DNA of 64,000 nt, taken from NCBI GenBank assembly GCA_951406725.2, contig OX597828.1, forward strand, positions 36,270,001 through 36,334,000. The letters run 5' to 3'. Shown here one piece after another: positions 52,192-64,000 of this stretch. Under the pieces are notes generated by a model, which made no database searches, had not been told where the DNA came from, and was given only the letters and a program-made list of their open reading frames with translations. The stretch's first letter is position 1, and every line of letters starts with the position of its first letter. The DNA is from Octopus vulgaris (lineage: Eukaryota). The position numbers and the translations under genes were made by a program.

Positions 52192-52222
<31 letters not shown>

Positions 52223-52250
52223 CATATATATATATATAAGATGCTTATAA
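50545..52250. repeat. 1.7-kb compound (AT)-based microsatellite with higher-order units
   Basis: Units of ~34-36 bp (tatatacgtatatatacatacatatgtatatagata) on the left, pure (AT)n centrally, (AT)n-acatac units on the right. Confidence 0.95.
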
Positions 52251-54794
52251 TACAGACACTTATATGTACTTACATATATATGCCACATACATACACACAT
52301 ATGTATATGTACGTGCGAATGCTGTATGGGTGAGTGTGTATATGAATGCATGTGAGTAATAGTAAGTTTGCCAGTGCCTTTTATTGATCAACCGTTTCTT
52401 TCGATGTCTGCAGCAAAGCTGAGTAAAAGACGATGGTAGTTGATGCCATTGATGATAATGATGAGAAGGGGGTTGGCTGGAGGGAGTATGATGATGATGA
52501 TAATGCACGTCATTTGGGATGCGAGAGAAATAGAGAGATGAGACTGTTAAAGTAAAAGAAAATATATATGTAAACAACTCCTAAGAAGAAAAGGAAAAAA
52601 AAAAAAACAGAGAGGAACGAAGTTGAGGAAGGATGGATGGCTCACGTGAACACTAGTTGAAGAGGGAAGCAGCTGAATGAATATATTCTGAGGTGGGATT
52701 GCCCATGTTCGAAGAATTCCAATAGTGGAACCCCGTTTTAGGAACAACAAGCGTGACTGCCTACTTAATCTTGGAGAAAGAAGAGTGTAAAATGCGAGAG
52801 ACAGATCAGCTAGAGAGAGAGATTAAAGCTGAAGTAATTTTTTTTAAATATATATTTTTAAGTATGATGGCGATAATAATAAATAAAAAATAATGGTATC
52901 AAGTCATTTAGTTTTCCACAAGGTAATAAATAAGTCTGTGAATGGCTGGCGTCCACCAGATTATGACTGGGGTTTGTGAATAGAACATTTTTAGTAATAA
53001 AATAAAAACTAATACCTTTGAAACACACACATATATACACAGGCGTATGTATGAGTGGGCATGTGTATAAACATGTACATACATATCTATACACACACAC
53101 ACACAAACACACAAACACGTATGTATAAGCATACCTACATAAGTGTGCCCCCTCCCACGACTCTGTAGGTATGCCTATGTATATGTGCATATATGTAAAT
53201 TATACACATACATACAGTTATGTACATATATAAAAATTTTACAAACACAAATATATTATATAAATTCTATTTGTATACATACATATACGCACACTTATGC
53301 ATGCTTAAAAGGTATACGTGAAAAAAAGGAAGCCTGCCAGCACATATACATGTGTGTACAGAACATGTTTTATAAATAACGAACGATAAGGGGATGTCGA
53401 TGATGATGACTAATATTGAAAAGGAATATAGTCAACAAAATCGACCCCTAATACTTTACAATTATTTTATCGTCCCCTACAAAGAATAACAACAAAGAAA
53501 GTGACCATTGGGATTTGAACTCTCAACGTTGAGGGACGTCGTAGACAAGTATGATGTGCATGAGTTTTTTTCGCCCACAATCACCAAAATAATTAGCGAT
53601 CTAAGTTAAATGGCTCAAATGTTCTTTAATAATGGTTACTCTCATTATATGATCCCTTGGCAAAGGGGTTTTATACAGGAGATGAGAAAGTAGGAGATAA
53701 GGCATTTCGGTCAGTACCACCTCGTCTCTTTTGAAGATATGCAGGACTGCTTTATCTAATGTGTTTGGTTCTTGATATAATACGTGTTGAGGGAGACTTG
53801 GCTGTTATTTCTAGTAGGTCGAGAAAGAAGTTAAAGTCTTCGTTGATTAGATAGATAGATAGATAGATGATAGATAGATAGATAGATAGATATAAAACAC
53901 ACGTAAAGGGTTAATAAGGATTGTAGCATTCATGCCCTTCCCAGAAGCCATTAGTAAACCCTAAGATAAATAGTAAAACGGCTCCCGAAAGGGGAACCAA
54001 AAATGGGTCGTAGACTCATTTATTTACCGCCGAAACATGTTTGATAATAATTGGTATTATTGATTTCTTTGAAGCAACAAGGCATTAAATTCTTTTGTGT
54101 GTGTTTTATTTTTTGTCTTCGTAAAAGACAAGGAAATGGGATGTTGTGGTGCACACGCGTGTCTACGAAGAACACGAGGGATGTAAAATAAGGTGGATGT
54201 CTAAATTATCATTCATATTATTTTTCTCTTTTAGGGTTTACAGGGGTACGTACGGTGGTACCGTTTCAGAAAATTCATTAATTCTCTTTGGAGAAAGGCA
54301 TGATAGATTCGCTTCTGTCACATCCATCGTCATCATCGAACTAACTAAATCAAATAAAAGAAATCCAATAAATTTCATTATAGTAGTGGTCGTGGTGATG
54401 CTGCGCTATTAAGCTATTTCAAGGGTTATATATATCATATGTATATTAAATGAAGACATCGTCAGTACAAAAACACACTAAGCAATCCCTTAAAAAGAAA
54501 TCAGGATGCTATCTTAAGAGATGACGAGACCCAAGAAGAGAAAGAGGGGGTAGGATGAGAAAGTGTAAGTATCTGTTATATCTCTCTGTATCATCATCTC
54601 GCAAAACTTGGCCAGATGAACGGGTGGCCATAAAGTGGTGGATCACTTATTAAGTGGCTGCAGTGTATCAGAGAGACAGAGGTGACAATAAGGGTGTGAA
54701 TATGCACCATAGAAGAAATACACTATATATATATATCAACAGAACCACACGTGTGTGTGTGTGTGTGTATAAGGGGTACCCTTGTGTATGTATG

Positions 54795-54828
<34 letters not shown>

Positions 54829-55055
54829 CATGCATACACAAGGGTACCCCTTATATATATATATAGATTGCCGTATATATTTACATACATGTACACGCAT
54901 CCAAATAGATTACAGAGCGGAGTGGGAGTAGTGAATGAAAGAAGAAAAAATATATAAAAATCAACAAAGTAATTAATACAACAGCTTGAATTTGTCGTTT
55001 AGGTGTGAGCATAGATTCATTAAAATAACGATTGTGAAGAAAACATTAGACTCAC

Positions 55056-55765
55056 CTGGCGCCGTTCGCCGTTTCTTTTATCACTGACTTGCCATTTATA
55101 TCAATGACCTCGTCGTTAACTTTAATTTTACCGTTTTTGAAGGCAATACTCCCGTCTCTGACATCAATCACTTTTACAATTGTGCTACCTTGTCCTAAAA
55201 ATTGCTTTATTCCTTCTCTGGTCGAGCCGGTGGCATTTACAGAGAAGTTGTCGTAGTTGCCGGCAGACGAAACTGCACAAGTACCCGAATTCGAAGCTCC
55301 TCCGGGCGACGACGACCTCACAGGTTTTAGAGTAGATTTCCATGAATCTATAGTGTCTGCTGGTACTGTATCCAAACTCAGTCCGATATCTTCCCCAGGA
55401 TGGCAGAGTAGATCTACCCTGAATATCTGGTCCTTCCTCGGGGGTTTCGTCGGAGGTGTTGTCCGGTGCGCATCGCTGCAGTGCGTGCCGCCACCCCGTC
55501 CACAACCACCCGTGGGGTCATTCCCCAAAGAATACGATGACGGTAAGGTACAAGTGCCATGTCGCTGACCACCCGGGGATTGGTCAGCCTTCGGAAGGGT
55601 ACCATTCGAATATTTCGGAGAACTTATGTTATGACATGGTAACGTAGCACAGCCGGGTCCCGGTCCTCTCTTACTTGATTTCCGGTTCGTTTTGCAATGT
55701 CCCGTACTTCCATGGTTGGAAGACAATAATTTCGTGAAAAATGACTTCAAGTTAAGACTTTCCAT
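55056..55765 (-). CDS. First coding exon of a PDZ-domain protein (PDZD2/pro-interleukin-16-like); PDZ domain with a long betaB-betaC insertion
   Basis: The ORF track shows 237 aa from ATG, in non-repetitive GC-richer sequence. PDZ motifs: IFRVDLL..GEDIGLSL (betaA and carboxylate loop) and IVKVIDVRDGSIAFKNGKIKVNDEVIDING. The apparent stop lies inside a canonical donor AG|GTGAGT (intron starts at 55055, phase 2). Similarity to the first PDZ of vertebrate PDZD2 is from memory, not a search. Confidence 0.88.
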
Positions 55766-56162
55766 TGCTGAGCGGTTTTCGTTGTTTTCGGCGAGTGTCT
55801 TGTCCGTAATTTGAGCTCTAACCTAGATGGTAGTGTACTATAAGAAGCAGTAGCAGCAATACAAGACTCTTGTGTTATTTTTCTTGCAGTAAACTTAGGC
55901 ATTTCCAAAAAACCTGTCAGTAATATCATAATGTTGAAAATTTTCACAAAACAATCAACAAAATTAAATATATTTTCAAATTCTTTAACAGCAACAAGGT
56001 AGAATAATCATCATTAATTTTAACTGTAATCATAATTTTCCTTCCGATAAAGGCTTTAAGAATACATTCGATGTTCCCAGCATCAAGTTGCCGTAGCAGA
56101 CCGAAATATCAGCAGATGTTTCGTTATAAAGCAGTAAGTTCCATTGCATATACAAGGTGTTG
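55766..56162 (-). other. Probable 5'UTR part of the same exon
   Basis: Repeat-free unique sequence upstream of the ATG, ending at a minus-strand acceptor-like site ggtctctggtgtttcAG|C (AG at 56164-56163); microsatellites resume just beyond it. Confidence 0.45.
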
Positions 56163-56458
56163 CTGAAACACCAGAGACCATACTATTTTATACATACATA
56201 CTTACGTATCTATTCTGTGTGTGTGTGTGATTAGTGTTAATTAATTAGTGAAGTAATTAATCGTTTTCTTCTGGTAGGAAGAATAATGACCAAATTGTAA
56301 ATATTCTGTGTAAGAGATAGGTTTTCGTTTCACAGAAGCACCAAGTGGTAAATTCCATGACACAACCATTCTGGAAACGTCCACGGAACAAATGTCTTAA
56401 AATATTTTCAAATTTTATTATATCATATATATATATATATATATAGATAGATATATAA

Positions 56459-56530
<72 letters not shown>

Positions 56531-56539
56531 GTATGTATG

Positions 56540-56602
<63 letters not shown>

Positions 56603-58397
56603 GTTCGCTTATCAATCAATATGTTGGTTCAGCATACGAGTTGATGCAGCTTATAGCATATAATATACACACACTAGATATAGATATAAAATAAGAGTCT
56701 TTTTTGGGATAACAGAAACTGGTCTCTGTCAAGGGTTCTTTCTGTTCTTTTACTTCCACAGTGCAACAGTGATACTATTAATATATTATGGAATAACTCC
56801 TTGATATCTTGATTTTATTTCTTCCGCTCATTTAGATCCTCTCGTGAAATTACATCCTTGTAGGGGTTTTTTCCCCCCTTTCTTGAATGATTATTATGTA
56901 ATGAAATAAATACTTGAGCAGATCATTAAACTGAATCGATTTGGTACAGAAGCAAGAGCTTTCGAAAGCACTAAGTAGGTACTCACAGTCACACACACAT
57001 TACATATGAATATGTATATATATATATATATGATGTACGTGTGTGAATATATATGTGTATATGTATTTACAATGTACGATAATATCTATGATCGCGAAAT
57101 GTATATATATATATTATATAATTTGATTCCGATATAAGATGGTCCTAACTGAATGGAGACGGGGGTCAGATCATGTAAGAACTATTAGTAGCATGTGCGC
57201 TGGTGTGTTTGTATGTATGTGTGTTTGTTTTAGAACAGCAGCAGTGGAGGATCTCTTAAAGAACGATGGGAAAGAGAAAGAGAGAGAAGGAAATAGAGAG
57301 TGGAAAAGGAGTGGTGAGAGGTTACTGAGGAATTGAAGAAAAGACACTTGAAGAGCTGAGATTTCAAAAGGACAGGGGAAGAAGAAAGAGAGATATGAAC
57401 AAGAACGAGTGACTTAGAAAAGAGAGTAAAAATTTAATGGAGTGCCAATGAAGTGGGAGGAGAAGAAATGATAGATAAACAGATATAAGTGAGAGGTAGA
57501 GAACGAAGAAATATAGCGAGATGGAGTTCCAAGCTAAGGTGGGAAATTCCGACAGGTTCTAACTAAAAGCTGGTAAGCTGTTCCGTGCGCAAGCAAGTCA
57601 CATTGTTAAAAAAAGCTATGGTCGAGCGAGCAAGCAAGCAGCTAGCACTGAAAATGTATAGAGTGTGTGCAAGTACATGTGTATAATGTATATGTATGAA
57701 TATAGGTGTATGTGTGTGTACGTTTTACGTACTGTGTGTATTTGTGGTGAACATCTATTTGGGCCATGTAAGGGTCTCTCTCGCTCTCTCTCAGCAAACG
57801 GCGCCAATTCTGCAGTAGAGTTTTTTTTTTTTTTCTTTGCCTATCTTTTTCTTACCCCACCTTTTTTTTTTTTTTTTCAATTTCTTTTCGTGGGATGGGG
57901 GTATATTATACGTGTGAATTAGTTCTGAAACCTTCACACATATAGTTAGTTTTGTCTTCGAGAAATTCGACTTGTTGTCATTACATGTTCCCCTGATGTG
58001 TCACGTAGTTATCTTTTAATCTATGCAGATATGTATATACATATTTGTTGTTGTTCTTATCCTCGTGTACCTTTTACAGTTGTAATCCATCATTATCTGT
58101 CGTTGTAACAGTAAGTGACATTCAGAGGCAAGACTTCTACGTTAATGGGTACTTAAACTATATATATTTATATGTACGTACACATACACACACAAACTAC
58201 ACACTGAATTACATAGATGCACACGTTTATTCACACACCCAAGAAGAGAAGGTAAAGATAGCGGGAGGGAGATACTAAGAGATAAATTATACATAGACTT
58301 CTGTTTGTATTTATCTACCAACAGACTTCTGTTTGTATGTATACATGTATGCACGCATGTTTGAATATATGTGTGCGTGTATATATATATATATGTC

Positions 58398-58468
<71 letters not shown>

Positions 58469-58859
58469 AGAAAAATTATCTAACCCATAAACTAACTAAC
58501 TAACCAACCAACCAACCGCTTAATTAGTTTGCTAATTCGTCATGGCAGTGCATGTACGTGTGTGTAAACTTATGCTTACTACCATTACGAGGTGAGCCCA
58601 GCTGTAGTGGACCGCGTGGATTTGCAAGGTTGCTAGTATGTGTATATGAATGTGTAAACTGGTTAAAAATATGCCCTTGTTTTGTCTTCTGTAAATAAGT
58701 GTGTGTGTAGGTCTTAAACAAATAGTTTTGCGTGTGCATGTTTAAGTAGGGGACTGAATACCCGCGCAACGCGTGTGCGACGTGTGTGTAGAAGCCAGTC
58801 AGTCAACATGTGTGTAAGTGAAAAAAAAGTGGTGTTATCTCCGGGCGGCTCTGATTACA

Positions 58860-59150
58860 CACATCTGTAATCGGAGACATTCCAGTGAAGACCATCTCAT
58901 CGTTTTATATACATTTAAGACTACATTGCACAACGTGTCTTTCCTTTTTTTTTTTTTTTTTTTTTTTGAAATGGCAGAGTGTGATTTAAGGGATATTTGG
59001 TTGTTATTTCTAGCGCGTTGAGCAACGACGTAGAGGCTTCCTCGTTGGTTTATGTGTATTGTTGTTCATTAGCCACGGGTCGGTCCTGACTGACAAGATG
59101 TATGATGATTAATTAAGTTCCAATCGTGATCATCCTATTGTATTGTGTAT
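58860..59150. repeat. Representative copy of an old dispersed repeat (gagggagatttggctgctatttctagc motif)
   Basis: The motif recurs in both orientations near 3240, 17950, 28090, 35310, 41130, 41410, 42360, 46310, 48200, 53790 and 59220. Class not determined. Confidence 0.6.
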
Positions 59151-59839
59151 TTAAGAGGTACATTATACATGCAATGTGCCTGTCCTGATAAATCTTAAAA
59201 GACGATAGAACGTGATCTGAGGAAGATTTGGCTGTTGTATTCAGCATACAGAATCATCTTCGTTAGTGACTTATGTGTGTTAAATACACGAAGTGGTGCT
59301 GAAGTCATTTTAACTGTTACATGATGGACAATGTAGTAGTAGTAGTCGTAGTACAATCACTACTACTGTTACTAACTACTACTAATGTTGCTTGTGCGAG
59401 GCGATCGACGCATGGTGCAATACGCACAAATTATGTATGTATGTATGTATGTGTGTGTGTGTGTGTATATATATATGTATGTATGTATATTATGTTTGAA
59501 AAAGACTGGAGTAGCAACTCGTGGTCTTAAATAAAAAGTCTGTGTATTTGAAGCTGCTCAAACACAAAGTGTGAGTGTTAGGCTTTACAAACTCGATGCA
59601 TAAGATTCGTTCGGATACCAGTGACTCGAGGGTTTAGAGTTTCACGCCAACGTGCTTATCAGACTCAATGATTATGTGTGTGTGTGTGTGTAAAACTATA
59701 TAATAGAACCTATTGAAAGATATTCCCCAGCATTGTTCGTCCAAAGAGTGAAACTAATAAAGGAATATGTAATATAAGTATATATAAATATGTGTGTGTG
59801 GTTGTATGTACTTTAAGCTTATACATCTTTACATATCTT

Positions 59840-60210
59840 CTATTTGTTCAGTCTTTGGACTGCGGCCATGCTGGGGCACCGCCTTGAAGGCTTTAGTGGA
59901 ACAAATCGACCCCAGTACTTATTTTTAAAGCCTGGTACTTATTCCATCGGTCATTTTTGTCGAACGACTAAGTTACGGGGACGTAAACAAATCAAAATCG
60001 GTCGTCAAGCGGTGGTAGGGTACCAACACAATGACACACACTCACATACGACCAGCTTCCTCATAATTTCCATCTACCACATGCACTCACAAGGCTTCGG
60101 TTGGCCTGGGGCTATAATGAAAGATGCCTGCCTATGGTGCAACGCAGTGGGACTGAACCCAAGACCACATGGTTGGGAAGCAAGCTTCTCACCTCACAGA
60201 TACGCCTGCA
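59840..60210 (-). mobile_element. CORE-like SINE family B
   Basis: Reverse-complement match to the family B layout. Confidence 0.8.
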
Positions 60211-61125
60211 TCTCGAAGCATGTATAAACCCTGTCCAGGAGATGGCTTTAAACTGCGTCCATTAGTGGGGCCCCGGTTCAGGAGTTCCAGGAATTTGTGG
60301 AGCACGGAACCATCTCTTAGCCACTACTGTTCTGAGGTCTACTCTGACCTGAAGTAGCTGCATCTGTCAGGATCCCAGCTACGGGTTAACTACGATATGT
60401 GATGACACTCCGCCTGAGTGCAGGGACACAGAATTATCCCTGGTTGGTGTTACGGTGCACAGTAGAACCACTGAGAGTGAAGGACCTCTAGCTGTTGTCA
60501 CTGGATCCTTCTAAAAGAGGGACACTCACGTAAAACCTGCAGTTTCACATAATTACTGGCCATCTTGCTCTGGCTTATCATAAGGTACTTATTTATCATA
60601 GAGACTCAGTAGTTCTCGTGTTGTACAAGCATTTATCACTATAATCCAGTGACGTTAAGATGTCTCTTTATGTGACCTCATTTTTCGTCCTATTTACTGA
60701 AATTCCTCTTGTGATGGATGAGTGGTGTCATGTGCTGACCTAACCAGTTGCATGTGCACAGTAAATTAAATTTCATCTGTCACCTCTGCATTAAACCATG
60801 CAGGTCTGCAGCGGGACTAATAGTCACCTGAGAGGTCATGGATGGAAAGGCAAAATTTAATTGACAATGAGGAATAACAAAGAGACAGTAGTCTGTAAAG
60901 ACGGAGTATTCACCATATATAAGATGGCAAATTGTCAGAATCATTAGAGCTTTGGATAAAATGCCTTGCCTGCTTTTATTCTGATTCTCAGCATTTTGTG
61001 TTCAAATCCCACCATGGTCGACCATGCTTTTCATCTTTAAGAAAAGTTCCAATCTATGACAGTGAAATAACAAAACTATCAGAGTATGGATGTGATGGCA
61101 TCTGTTCTGTCCCCTTTGTTAATTT

Positions 61126-61345
61126 TTATTTCTTTACTGCCCACAAGGGGCCAAACATAGAGGGGACAGACAAAGGGATTAAGTCGATTAGATTGACCCC
61201 AGTGCGTAACTAGTACTTATTTAACCGACCCCGAAAGGATGTAAGGCTGAATTGACCTCGGCGGAATTTGAACTCAGAATGTAGCGGCAGACAAAATACC
61301 GCTAAGCATTTCACCTGGCGTGCTAACGTTTCTGCCAGTTCTGGC
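61126..61345 (-). mobile_element. SINE-A
   Basis: Full body with the ctttactgcccacaaggggc tail variant. Confidence 0.85.
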
Positions 61346-61759
61346 CCCTTTGTGGTCTGAGTGCAACACTTGTGACAAGCTGTATTGTCCCAGAAGCAGT
61401 AGTCATCCCTTCCAAAAAACATCAATGATATGGAAAGGGGAAACTCACATGTAGGGACAACAATTTGTCAGTGAAAAACCTTGCCTGAGCCTGCACATCA
61501 TACAACTATAGAGACATGGTCAAGCCTGTTTAACAGAGGTCCTTGCATATATGTATGATTTTAGCCTTTTTTTTCTTATTATATCCTTGCTAAGTCTGGA
61601 AGAAGAAGCAGTACTCATGGTCTTAGCAGACATTGCTAATCAAGGAGACTGACAAGAAATAACTTCTAGGTGACCAATGTTTTTTTTTTTTTTGGGGGGG
61701 GGACTGAGCGTAATGATCAATACAGGATGTGGCAGTTTTGACACCACAAGAATAAAGAA

Positions 61760-62110
61760 AGGAGGAGAGAAAAGTGAGACAAGACTACCCTAGTGAAGAT
61801 GAGATGGGTTCAGCCTGTTCTGAAAAGCAGAGTGACACTATATAGTAGCTGTAAAAGAGGCCAAGAAATGAAGCAGAAAACTTGTGGGCTAGAAGTGCTG
61901 GGAAGTCTGAGAGTGACTTTATGCTAATAAGCTGGGTGGCCTTTTCTGGATGCATTTAAGGATGTCTATGTGTCCATCAACACTAATGTCCCAGATACAA
62001 GTTATACTCCACTGAGGCCTTGATATGTGCTTTGGAGATATCAGTAACTGTTGCTGGATGAAGGACTAATCGTTATGTCATCCTAGCTATGTTAACATAT
62101 TGGCACCAGA
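61760..62110 (-). mobile_element. Old degraded CR1-group LINE ORF2 C-terminal fragment
   Basis: With frameshifts the minus strand reads KAHIKASVEY..DILKCIQKRPPSL/LISIKSLSDFPALLAHKFSASFLGLFYSYY, matching the LYKAxIRPxxEY..LDxIQKRA..LAHRR..LSLFYRYY pattern. Confidence 0.55.
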
Positions 62111-62879
62111 GCCTCATTTCCCATTTTGTCCCAGGGTCCCATATGACATGTTAAGTTTTGATATGCCTGCCATATGTTTTCACTATATCATATGTGAAGC
62201 AAGAATCACATATGTAGCGTTTTTCACCCACAACCCACTGGTGGGTCATCTGGTACCTTCTGTTTTGCTAATTATAATTTGTTTACTCAGTCTTTTATTT
62301 TATCTCGTTACATGGTAAAATCCAGAATGATATAACATGAAAAAAACAAAAGAAAATTAAAAGAATTTATAAAAGATAGGCAAAAAAAATGTTGTTCTAA
62401 TGTGCAATCATGGCATGCCTACTCTCAAAACAACTCATAGAAAAGAAATAATGAGATGACCCACGGGAGAATCATGTGGATCTTGCAAACATGCCGCTGG
62501 AACCCTTCAATGGGTTGTGTGGGAGCCAATGTGTTAAGGATGTGCTTTTTCCAAAAGAGATCCTTGGTGCTAGTGAGTGCCAGTAACTGAAATGATTGTG
62601 AGAGCTATACTAGACTAGTGCTACTCATAATTAAAGAGGTGGAGTGTGATGATTAATTTTGGATATGAGTGATGTTTGTATTTTCTTGCTTTTACTAAGT
62701 GTCTCCAAGGCAAGAGCCCCACTGTGCGCACACACACACACACAAATATGTATATATATAATGATAATGGTATATAGAGAGAGAGATTTGCATATGTATA
62801 TTTATGTACATATATACAAACATGTACATTTATATGTGTGTGTGTGTATATATATAAGTACATACTCTTGTTCTTTTTT

Positions 62880-63243
62880 TTTTACTTGTTTCAGTCATTT
62901 GACTGTGGCCATGCTGGAGCACCGCCTTTAGTCGAGCAAGTCAACCCCAGGACTAATTCTTTGTAAGCCTAGTACTTATTCTGTTGGTCTCTTTTGCCGA
63001 ACCGCTAAGTTATAGGGACATAAACACATCACCATCTGTTGTCAAGCAATGTTGGGGGGACAAACACAGACTCACAAACATATACATATATACAATGGGC
63101 TTCTTTCAGTTTCCCTCTACCAAATCCATTCACAAGTCTTTGATCGGCCCGAGGTTATAGTAGAAGACACTTGCCCAGTGGGACTGAACCCGGAACCATG
63201 TGGTTGGTAAGCAAGCTACTTACCACACAGCCACTCCTACGCC
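62880..63243 (-). mobile_element. CORE-like SINE family B
   Basis: Near-consensus reverse-complement copy. Confidence 0.88.
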
Positions 63244-63309
63244 TATATGTATATGTTTTTTTACACAATTGCTTGAAAGTGCTTAGGTTGAAACCGAGAT
63301 AGTAGACAT

Positions 63310-63737
63310 TATATAACTTGGTTTAAGAAGAGACAAAATTTAGATAATCACCCTATATACATGATTTACATCAACATAATAAATACATAAAACAATAAAT
63401 ACAGCAAGACAAGGAACATATCAATATATTAATTAGAATGGAAATAAGAAATAGACATGAAAAAGATAAATGAATAAAGAGTGATGCATCAATAAAAAAT
63501 CGTTAAATCACTGCCGCCAATGTATCTTCCAACATTTTTCTTAATTTGACATTTTTAATCTTAAATTTAATGATTTTTAATCACTGTATCACTCCGTATT
63601 TATTTATCCTTTGCACATATATTTTTACTTCATGTATTTCTTGTTTCTATTCTGTTGTATGTATTTATTATGTTGCTGTAAATCATAAATATAGGATGAT
63701 TATCTAAATTTTGTCTCTTCTTAAACCAAGTTATATA
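63310..63737. mobile_element. Fold-back MITE with long TIRs
   Basis: Arms of about 80 bp (tatataacttggtttaagaagagacaaaatttagataatca.. / ..tgattatctaaattttgtctcttcttaaaccaagttatata), perfect over the outer ~40 bp, in a TA context. Confidence 0.85.
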
Positions 63738-63749
63738 TGATGATATATA

Positions 63750-64000
63750 CTCTTTTACTTGTTTCAGTCATTTGACTGCGGCCATGCTGGAGCACCGCCT
63801 TTTAGTCGAGCAAATCAACCCCGGGACTTATTCTTTGTAAGCCCAGTACTTATTCTATCGGTCTCTTTTTGCCGAACCGCTAAGTGACGGGGACGTAAAC
63901 ACACCAGCATCGGTTGTCAAGCAATGCTAGGGGAACAAACACAGACACACAAACACATATATATATATATATATACATATATACGACAGGCTTCTTTCAG
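63750..64000 (-). mobile_element. Young SINE-B, cut by the window end
   Basis: CpG-intact 3' half of family B. Confidence 0.88.

Larger units (their letters stand above)
1..55055 (-). other. Probable very large intron of the PDZ gene (extends past the window start)
   Basis: Starts at the GTGAGT donor. No phase-compatible exon completing the PDZ alphaB/betaF was recognised, and the region is dominated by repeats. Confidence 0.55.

Noticed and set aside
50370-52351. ORFs of 500+ aa rich in Y/I/C/M/V
   Set aside because: Translations of (AT)/(GT) microsatellite, which lacks stop codons; open in several frames on both strands.
60225-60540. GC-richer segment resembling a diverged dispersed repeat or LINE UTR
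   Set aside because: Single copy in this window with no termini or ORF, so it cannot be classified from the sequence alone.

Overview
AT-rich, microsatellite- and SINE-dense eukaryotic DNA. The repeat families and their density suggest a coleoid cephalopod, most likely Octopus (inference). There is one well-supported protein-coding exon, on the minus strand at 55056-55765. It encodes an N-terminal region plus a PDZ domain with a long internal insertion (PDZD2/pro-IL-16-like) and ends at a GTGAGT donor. No convincing next exon is visible, so positions 1-55055 are probably one large intron. The rest is nested mobile DNA: several tRNA-headed SINE families (my working labels A, B, D, E; many with clear TSDs), a (GAT)n-tailed retroposon (label C), CR1-like and RTE LINE remnants, Tc1 and Tigger/pogo remnants, three TTAA piggyBac-type MITE families, Helentron/DINE-like elements and a fold-back MITE. 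I cannot demonstrate a new biological system. The best leads are: (1) a variable-copy array of ~65-nt RNA-structure modules (hairpin plus compact H-type pseudoknot) inside retroposon C; (2) an unassigned TSD-flanked insert whose ~130-codon ORF is restored when a later RTE is removed; (3) a same-strand RTE/CR1/Tc1 fusion; (4) a CpG-retaining island at ~32.6-36.5 kb with splice signals, possibly an internal promoter. Coordinates were read by eye; TSD/TIR-anchored ends are the most reliable, and others may be off by tens of bases.
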